Shown here piece after piece: positions 10,030 through 17,907 of a stretch of 17,907 nucleotides of DNA. Made by a program: the position numbers and the translations under genes. The stretch covers positions 1 through 17,907 of the forward strand of contig NW_021824796.1 in NCBI RefSeq assembly GCF_006345805.1, in the 5' to 3' direction. Every line of letters begins with the position of its first letter. The stretch's first letter is position 1. The stretch comes from Octopus sinensis. Its lineage: Eukaryota. Below the pieces are notes generated by a model. The model made no database searches and was not told the DNA's origin. It saw nothing but the letters and a program-made list of their open reading frames with translations.

Positions 10030-10418
10030 GACACAGGAGTGGCTGTGTGGTAAGTAGCTTGCTAACCAACCACATGGTTCCGGGTTCAGTCACACTGCGT
10101 GGCATCTTGGGTAAGTGTCTTCTGCTATAGCCCCGGGCCGAGCAATGCCTTGTGAGTGGATTTGGTAGACGGAAACTGAAAGAAGCCTGTCGTATATATG
10201 TATATATATATATATATGTATGTGTGTGTATGTGTTTGTCCCCCTAGCATTGTTTGACAACCGATGCTGGTGTGTTTACGTCCCCGTCACTTAGCGGTTC
10301 GGTAAAAGAGACCGATAGAATAAGTACTGGGCTTACAAAGAATAAGTTCCGACTAAAGGCAGTGCGCCAGCATGGCCGCAGTCAAATGACTGAAACAAGT
10401 AAATGAGTAAATGAGTAA
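10030..10418 (+). mobile_element. tRNA-derived CORE-type SINE, family 2, with internal (TA)n(TG)n
   Basis: Head caggagtggctgtgtggtaag, B-box gggttcagtc, CORE-like ggcatcttgggtaagtgtctt, tail (AAATGAGT)n. Colinear with 13935-14349 and 16200-16630. Confidence 0.9.
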
Positions 10419-10535
10419 GGGCAATGATATTTTGAGAAGAGAAGCTTCGTCAAGTCAATGAAATCGGTCCCTGTATATGAATGACACTTTAATTCTTAGA
10501 TCTTGAGTATTAACTACTGCTATTTTATCACGTGT

Positions 10536-10785
10536 GGAGGTGCATGGCTTAGTGGTTAGGGTGTCGGCATCATGATCGTAGGTTTGTGGTTTCGATTCCT
10601 GAATCGGCCGACGCGTTATGTTCTCGAGCAAAACACTTCGTTTCACGTTGCTCCAGTCCACTCAGCTGGCAAAAATGAGAAACGCTGCGATGGACTGGCC
10701 TCTCATCCTATTGGGGAACACATACGCCATTGAAACCGGGAAACCGGGTCCATGAGCCTGGCTAGGCTTTTAAAGGGCGCATTTA
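10536..10785 (+). mobile_element. tRNA-derived CORE-type SINE, family 3, tail type b
   Basis: A-box tggcttagtggttag and B-box ggtttcgattcc. It shares a block through ctccagtccactcagctggcaaaaatga, then has a distinct tail. Confidence 0.8.
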
Positions 10786-10841
10786 TGATTTACTATTTTA
10801 TCGCGTCATGTAAACGGAAACGTCTAGAAAACACAACTAGT

Positions 10842-11127
10842 CGTTCAGTGAGTTTTTTTTTTTCCATTCGGCATAATCACACAACGTAAGAGCTAACATC
10901 GCCACAACGGCCATCCGCGACAAGACGAAATGCACGGTTTGTCCCTAGGAACCATCAGCCGCGGAACATCATCCGAAAGACGATTTAAAATGGTGGTTGT
11001 ACTTTGCTTCACATAAGGACGCTCGATATGACTTAGCCCGGAGGGCTAAGCTATACAATAACTACGACAATGATGACGCCAAACACAACAACTATAATAG
11101 CAATAACAACAACAGTAAAATCATTTA
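10842..11127 (+). repeat. Unclassified repeat, block order A-B; homologous to 8487-9033
   Basis: In-window alignment; contains the hairpin cttagccc-gga-gggctaag (about 11032-11050). Confidence 0.8.
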
Positions 11128-11216
11128 TCGTAAGGCTTTAGTCGAGCAAATCAACATTAGTATTTATTTACGTTATTTACATTTGACGGATTTTTGTCCT
11201 CATCTTGTTTGTTGTT

Positions 11217-11263
11217 AACACAACGTTTCGTCGGATATACCCTCCAGCCTTCATTAGGTGTCT
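11217..11263 (-). ncRNA. Minimal type I hammerhead motif, mutated (CTAATGA core)
   Basis: agacac-CTAATGA-A-GGCTG gagggtatat ccgac-GAAA-CGT-T-gtgtt, with palindromic helix III ACGT. Confidence 0.6.
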
Positions 11264-11309
11264 AGAGCAAATTTCGAACCTGGGTTCTCATTCCTAAGGT
11301 ATTTTTCGA

Positions 11310-11335
11310 TGTTGTTGTTGTTGTTATTATTATTA

Positions 11336-11391
<56 letters not shown>

Positions 11392-11422
11392 GTTATTATT
11401 ATTATCATCATTATTATTATTA

Positions 11423-11464
<42 letters not shown>

Positions 11465-11495
11465 CATCATCATCATCATCATCATCATTATTATT
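11310..11495. repeat. (TTG)/(TTA)/(CAT)n array internal to the element at 11160-11628
   Basis: Direct inspection. Confidence 0.9.
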
Positions 11496-11555
11496 TCGAT
11501 CACTGCCTGGAATCGAACTAGGAATCTTGGGTTAATAGCCCGCACTGTTAACCAA

Positions 11556-11601
11556 AACACCTGGTGAAGGCTGGAGTGTATATCAGCCGAAACATTGTGT
11601 T
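11556..11601 (+). ncRNA. Minimal type I hammerhead motif, mutated (CTGGTGA core)
   Basis: aacac-CTGGTGA-A-GGCTG gagtgtatat CAGCC-GAAA-CAT-T-gtgtt, with perfect 5-bp stem II and 5-bp helix I. Confidence 0.6.
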
Positions 11602-11620
11602 AACGACAAACAGGATGAGG

Positions 11621-11625
<5 letters not shown>

Positions 11626-11678
<53 letters not shown>
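11626..11678. repeat. (TA)n microsatellite
   Basis: Direct inspection. Confidence 0.95.
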
Positions 11679-11683
<5 letters not shown>

Positions 11684-12771
11684 CAATTCTACATGTACTA
11701 TAGAATTTCGTTTCTATCCGAGATTTCGTGAAACAGAGAGTACCGCTAGAAATATTCATAGATAGAGTAACTATATAAAAATGCATTTTTATCGGACATG
11801 TACGCCATATTCCCTAAAATAGGGAAACTCTGGCATTTGTAGGTAGTGAGAAAACCCTTTGATAAAACAAATTCTTGCTAGGAAATTATATAAGCAACGT
11901 CATAATTTGAAATTTGCTAGGCCCCTGTTGTGGTAACGATGACAAGCACGGTTTAACCTGTCAAAAACTGTTTAGTTCGAACTCCAATAGAATTGAATGT
12001 TGTGAAAGATAAAGAAAAATATTATTAGCAGAAATGTATATAAATTTTTGTGCATAGGATACCTTAACCACTGAACATATTTCATGCGTCTCCTAAGAGA
12101 AGAAAGGTCGTGAAAACCTGCTATATAGTGACACGGTAAACAAGTAGTTTATACCTTACAGAATGGAGACTTAAATGCTGACACATTAAACATGAAGTCG
12201 AGAACCATTGATAATTATTCGTATCTTGGGCATAAGCTGTACTAATAACCAATTGTTAGAACTCGATATACATACTTATGATTTAGTGCAAAATGTCAAG
12301 AGATCAGCGAGAGAAATATCATTCATTAAATGACAAATTCACAGCAGTTATGCAATCACGTTCATTAGCTTACGGCTATTACTGCAATACGACATAGCAG
12401 ACAGAGATGAGTGTTTGTACGACATGTTACAGCTTCCTCAGAGCCATTGAAAGGAAGCACGTTCGTATATAAAATTTACAGATAAATCGACCGTGTCATA
12501 ACCTTTCTTTTAGGGCCTCCGCTATAATATATAGGACGAAAAGGCGGGAGAAAGCAGGTTCGCGGGGTTTAAAAAGCAACGGATTAGTTAGTTCTTCCCA
12601 CCGCCACCTTAAAGAGAGTCTAACTTCGCTGATCAAGTGATTCATATGAATTGCGTGATACAGCGACACTTGCGAAGCTCTGTTGTAAGAGAAAATAATG
12701 TTCCTTTCTACACAAAATGATTACAGATGGCTTCAATGGTAAGTATTTTACAGACTGTTTGGAAGCCTGTA

Positions 12772-13460
<689 letters not shown>

Positions 13461-13934
13461 AGTGTGCTTGTATGTTTAGACCGACACAGACAGACAAGAA
13501 GAGACACCTGTAATAAAATATATTATAAACCTTTTCTTAAAATGAATAAGATTCTTAAAAGCGTTTGAATGTAGAAGTTGGAAAAGAAATAAAATTTAAA
13601 CCACAAAATCTTAACTTCGTTTTGTTATAACAATCTTGCTTTGTTAAAACGAAAAACTTGACTGAATATCAGGTGACAGACTTGATTGAGTCACGTTGAA
13701 AGAAAGTAGGAAAAGAAAAGCAAAAAGAAGACTATAAATAACAGACAGACATGTGTGGTGTGTAGTAGCCATTGTTTCGTGCTTTCATGGTGAACGCTAA
13801 ATAATAATATAAACGGGTGTAATTGGCACAGCGTCTGAACGTCAGAGCCTGGTTTCGACTTCCTCTTACAGCTAATTTCCAGTTTAAACTTTTTCTATTC
13901 ATGTGCCTCTGTGCATGTATATATATATATATAT

Positions 13935-14100
13935 GTGGCTGTGTGGTAAGTAGCTTGTTTACCAACCACATGGTTCCGCGTTCAAGTCCCACTGCGTGAC
14001 ACCTTGGGCAAGTGTCTTCTACTATAATAGCCTCGGGCCGACCAAAGCCTTGTGAGTGGATTTGGTAGACGGAAACTGAAAGAAGCCTGTCGTATATATG

Positions 14101-14139
<39 letters not shown>

Positions 14140-14349
14140 TGTGTGTTTGTGTTTGCCCCCCTAGCATTGCTTGACAACCGATGCTGGTGTGTTTATGTTC
14201 CCGTTACTTAGCGGTCGGCAAAAGTGACCGATAGAATAAGTACTGGGCTTACAAAAGAATAAGTCCCGGGGTCGAGTTGCTCGATTAAAGGCGGTGTTCC
14301 AGCATGGCCGCAGTCAAATGAGTGAAACAAGTAAAAGAGTAAAAGAGTA
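13935..14349 (+). mobile_element. tRNA-derived CORE-type SINE, family 2, slightly 5'-truncated
   Basis: Colinear with 10030-10418 and 16200-16630; tail (AAAAGAGT)n. Confidence 0.9.
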
Positions 14350-14382
14350 TGTGTATTTATGTGTGTCGTTATGTGCGTATGT

Positions 14383-14706
14383 GAAGGCGCATGGCTTAGT
14401 GGTTTAGGGCATTTGGCGCACGACTGTAGGGTCGTGAGTTCCATTCCCGTTGACGCGTTGTGTCCTTGAGCAAGATATTTTATTTCATGTTGCTCCAGTC
14501 CACCCAGCTGGCAAAAATGATTTGTACCTGTATTTCAAAGGGCCGGCCTTGTCACTCTCTGTGTCACGGTGAATCTCCCTGAGAACTACGTTTGGGGTAC
14601 ACGTGTCTGTGGATTGTTCAGTCACTTGCACGTTAATTTCACGAGCAACCTGTTCCGTTGATCGAATCAGCTGGGACCCTCGTCGTCGCAACCGACGGAG
14701 TGCTCC
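14383..14706 (+). mobile_element. tRNA-derived CORE-type SINE, family 3, tail type c
   Basis: Head gaaggcgcatggcttagtgg, B-box gagttccattccc, CORE-like gttgtgtccttgagcaagata. The tail is homologous to the minus-strand copy at 15401-15673. Confidence 0.85.
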
Positions 14707-15029
14707 TATATAAATGTATTTGTATCGTTTACATATTCCTGTCATTATACTACGTCCATGCTGGTGCTCTACCGTAAAGAGATTTTACTCGAGAAAAGTG
14801 ACACGTTATGGGTGCTTGAATTTCTAGCCTTTTTTTCTCTCTGATATTTTGGACACCTGCCAACTGCTCAACTATGGAGACATAAAACAATGTTAGGGTA
14901 CGAAAATAAGCACACACACACGCATACACACAACACACACACACCACACACACACACACACACATGTATGTATGTCGAAACCATAATGATATCCGTAGGG
15001 CAACAGATGATGCAGCTATTTTGGGTTAA

Positions 15030-15260
15030 GGCAGCGAGCTGGCAGAAACGTTAGCACACCGGGCGAAATGCTTAGCGGCATTTCGTCTGCTGCTACGTTC
15101 TGAGTTCAAATTCTGCCGAGGTCGACTTTGCCTTTCATACTTTCGGGGTCGATTAAATCAGTACCAGTTACGCACTGGAGTCGATATAATCGACTTAATC
15201 CGTTTGTCTGTCCTTGTTTGTTCCCTCTGTGTTTAGCCCCTTGTGGGTAGTAAAGAAATA
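15030..15260 (+). mobile_element. tRNA-derived SINE, family 1, full length
   Basis: Colinear with 5417-5646. Confidence 0.9.
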
Positions 15261-15341
15261 GGTATCAACGGTATGGCTGTTTGTGTATATGTGGAATAGT
15301 ATTATAAAACATCCTTTTGATATATATATGTATATTTCATG

Positions 15342-15437
15342 TTGCAGCTCTCGTCCTCATAACCTACGGAGTGGCAATTAGTATATATATATATATACTA
15401 ATTGCCACTCCGTAGGTTATGAGGACGAGAGCTGCAA
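15342..15437. repeat. Perfect 96-bp palindrome centred on (TA)n
   Basis: ttgcagctctcgtcctcataacctacggagtggcaattagtatatata followed by its exact reverse complement; zero mismatches and no spacer. Confidence 0.97.
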
Positions 15438-15673
15438 TTGATCTGCTCAGCGGAACAGGCTGCTTGTGAAATTAACCTGCAAGTGGCTGAGCACCTCACT
15501 GACACGTATATACGTATCGTATGGAAATTCATCGTGATACAGAATGTAAAAAAGGCCGGCCCTTTGAATTACAGGTAAAACTAATTCTTGCCAACTTCGT
15601 GAACTGGAACAACGTAAAATAAATTGTCTTGCCCAACGATCCAACGAACCGCCGCGAATCGAACTCACGACCG
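15401..15673 (-). mobile_element. Diverged, 5'-truncated family 3 (tail c) SINE
   Basis: The reverse complement has gtcgtgagttcgattcg, ttcaaagggccggcctt and cacttgcaggttaatttcacaagcagcctgttccg, matching 14383-14706. Confidence 0.8.
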
Positions 15674-16199
15674 TGTGTGTGTATGTGTGTGTGTGTGTGT
15701 GTGTGTACATGATATAGCTAGCTAATTCGTAATTCTACAACCAAAAGGCAGAAATATATACGTCACTAAAGTGACCAAGGGCACTCATCGGCACCAGTAT
15801 CGCTAGAAATAAGAGTCAAAACAAATCAATAGCCACAAAAAGAACGTTATCTTAATGAGCTGACAAGGGAGATAATCTCCCTACGGTCGCAGACAGACCT
15901 AGATAACCAATGATATCGCATTCTCATGCTTAACACATTTTAATGCTTATCAGTTGCTCTCAGCGCGCCTTGGGTTAAATCCGTCTCACCATGTCAGCTT
16001 ATAAGATCTCCGTTGAAATCATATGCTGATTTCATAATCCGTAAAGTGATAATTATAAATATACAGTCGTGTCAGGGGAGAGTCGTTCTCTTTCAGTGTC
16101 TTATAATTTAACACATTCACCAGTAAAATTTCCACTCATTTACTTATTTATTTTTCCAAATCAAAATCCAAAACCAAAATATAAATATACATATATATA

Positions 16200-16362
16200 G
16201 GCGTAGGAGTGGCTGTGTGGTAAGTACCTTGCTTACCAACCCCATGGTTCCGGGTTCAGTCCCACTGCGTGGTACCTTGCGCAAGTGTCTTCTACTATAG
16301 CCTCGGGCCGACCAAAGCCTTGTGAGTGGATTTGGTAGACGGAAAATCAAAGTAACCTCTCG

Positions 16363-16423
<61 letters not shown>

Positions 16424-16630
16424 ATGTTTGTGAGTCTGTGTTTGTCCCCCCAACATCGCTTGACAACCAATGCTGGTGTGTTTACGTCCCCGTAACTTAG
16501 CGGTTCGGCAAAAGAGACCGATAGAATAAGTACTAGGCTTACAAAGAAGAAGTCCTGGGGTCGCTTTGCTCGACTAAAAGCGGTGCTCCAGTATGGCCGT
16601 TGTCAAATGACTGAAACTAGTAAAAGAGTA
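16200..16630 (+). mobile_element. tRNA-derived CORE-type SINE, family 2, full length
   Basis: ggcgtaggagtggctgtgtggtaag ... gaaactagtaaaagagta; colinear with the other two copies. Confidence 0.9.
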
Positions 16631-16631
16631 G

Positions 16632-16780
16632 CATATGGATATGACGGTCTTCTACAAATTCACTCACAAGTCATTGATACCTCCTGCCCTTTAGCAGGAA
16701 GCACTTGCCTCATTTGCCGCGCAGAGGGTCTGTAATCGAATTACGGGTAAAAAGCGACCTCGTTAATATGCATCCAAGCC
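16632..16780 (-). mobile_element. Old, decayed 5' half of a family 2-like SINE
   Basis: The reverse complement has ccctctgcgcggcaaatgaggcaagtgcttcctgcta (cf. cccactgcgtggcaccttgggcaagtgtcttctacta) and cttgtgagtgaatttg (cf. cttgtgagtggatttg). Confidence 0.55.
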
Positions 16781-17260
16781 AGTCCTATTTCTATTTTGTA
16801 TTTTTAGATTCACTGTTGATTCTATTTATGAAGGAAGGGTTAGCTTTGAACAGAAATTATTCCTTACAAGCAATGGTTCTCAGTTGTGTAATCAGTTTGG
16901 GGAAACACTCCTTATAAGTGTTCGGAATTCAAATTAAATTTACAGTTTGCATGTCTGATGAAAACATTTTCCTTTTCATCAGAAACCCCTAATTCAAGTT
17001 GTTACATAAAATTTCATTAACAATTGTGCCGATATTTATATGTTACTTAAATATTACATCTCATTAGAATCGCTGAAGCCTTCGTGTGTGCGTGTGGTTA
17101 TGTGTTGGTGGTACAATCATATCTATCTTGTTTGTGTGAACACAAACGTGGGAGGAAAACATTTCACTGCAAAAATAGTCTCGGTAGAAAACTTTCGTCA
17201 CAGACAACGTGTGTGAAAGCATATCATAATACGATGCAATGATGTCGTCGGAATGTAGGC

Positions 17261-17300
17261 TATACGCGTTTGTGTGTCGTCACGCTTCATCAGATACAGA
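17261..17300 (-). ncRNA. Decayed hammerhead-like motif
   Basis: Reverse complement: CTGATGA-A-GCGTG acga CACAC-AAA-CGCGT-A. The core box is intact and helix III is palindromic (ACGCGT), but G12 is missing and helix I is poor. Confidence 0.35.
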
Positions 17301-17427
17301 CACCGATTCTGTTGTGCATACCCACCGCTAAGAACGGTCGTACTTATATGGGTACTTATTTGGGTTCGTGTGCACTCGAAGGTGAGAAGAGTTTTCACCG
17401 TAGAAATAATTACGGAATTACACAGAC

Positions 17428-17433
17428 ATAATA

Positions 17434-17477
<44 letters not shown>

Positions 17478-17486
17478 TATATATAT
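17428..17486. repeat. (TA)n microsatellite
   Basis: Direct inspection. Confidence 0.95.
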
Positions 17487-17527
17487 ACTAGCATTATGAC
17501 CCTCTTTGGCCGGGTCATAGTGCTAGT
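17487..17527. repeat. 41-bp hairpin bounded by ACTAG...CTAGT
   Basis: Arms actagcattatgaccc / gggtcatagtgctagt (15 of 16 Watson-Crick pairs plus one G-T) with a 9-nt loop. Confidence 0.8.
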
Positions 17528-17907
17528 GCATGTATATATGTGTTATATATGTGTACATATTACATGTACATCTATATATATACATCTACACATAAAATAC
17601 AAATACAAAGTTAAATCTTGATACCGCTAGTGATAACAATCTACATAAAAATACAAGCAGAGAACGTGAGAACAGCACTAAAATACTTGTTGTAGGACTG
17701 TTCCATTTCTGCACGCTAATTTACGATTATTTATACTTTTGTTTGATTTTAATTATACTTACTACATATAATTCAATTGTTATTATTATTTTTTTTTTAA
17801 AGTGAAAGTATCTGACATAAAATAGAGAAATGTTTTGTTTCACTTTTAACACGTAGTACTGAAATAGTGGAGAAGATATGATATTGCTATGGGCTCGCCC
17901 TAGACAA

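Larger units (their letters stand above)
11160..11628 (-). mobile_element. tRNA-headed, hammerhead-tailed non-autonomous retroposon with an inverted 5' copy of the hammerhead module
   Basis: On the minus strand: truncated tRNA-like head (11554 to about 11497), (TAA/TGA/CAA)n, unique body, HHR motif (11263 to 11217), AT-rich tail. An inverted copy of the HHR module lies at 11556-11625, with 61 of 70 positions identical. Confidence 0.75.

Noticed and set aside
11497-11554. tRNA gene
   Set aside because: The acceptor stem and most of the D-arm are missing; it is a tRNA-derived retroposon head.
12727-12744. ATGGCTTCAATG|gtaagt, a possible micro-exon or first coding exon on the plus strand
   Set aside because: A strong donor alone is not enough; I found no supporting downstream exon.
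13812-13865. Possible decayed tRNA-like head (ggtgtaattggc ... ggtttcgacttcc)
   Set aside because: The boxes are too degenerate and no SINE body follows.
16954-16983. Hairpin tctgatgaaaa / ttttcatcaga containing CTGATGA
   Set aside because: There is no stem II plus GAAA arrangement, so it is not a hammerhead. An isolated 11-bp hairpin is weak evidence of anything.

Overview
AT-rich, microsatellite-saturated eukaryotic DNA, intronic or intergenic, with no confidently recognisable protein-coding gene. The SINE families and compound microsatellites look like cephalopod (probably Octopus) DNA; this is recall, not a database result. Content: about 10 tRNA-derived SINE copies from at least three head families, several unclassified repeats and many simple repeats. 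Most listed ORFs are microsatellite artefacts. The main unexplained signal is a set of small non-coding elements carrying minimal type I hammerhead ribozyme (HHR) motifs of the Penelope-like-element (PLE) kind. Three unrelated elements (917-1100, 7269-7516, 11160-11628) each carry two outward-reading HHR copies as an inverted repeat. The element at 11160-11628 also has a tRNA-derived Pol III head, so it looks like a SINE with a PLE/hammerhead tail. The element at 7269-7516 has a U3-A8 covariant catalytic core. Other oddities are a perfect 96-bp palindrome, a circularly permuted repeat pair and module sharing between SINE families. All alignments and identity counts were done by eye.
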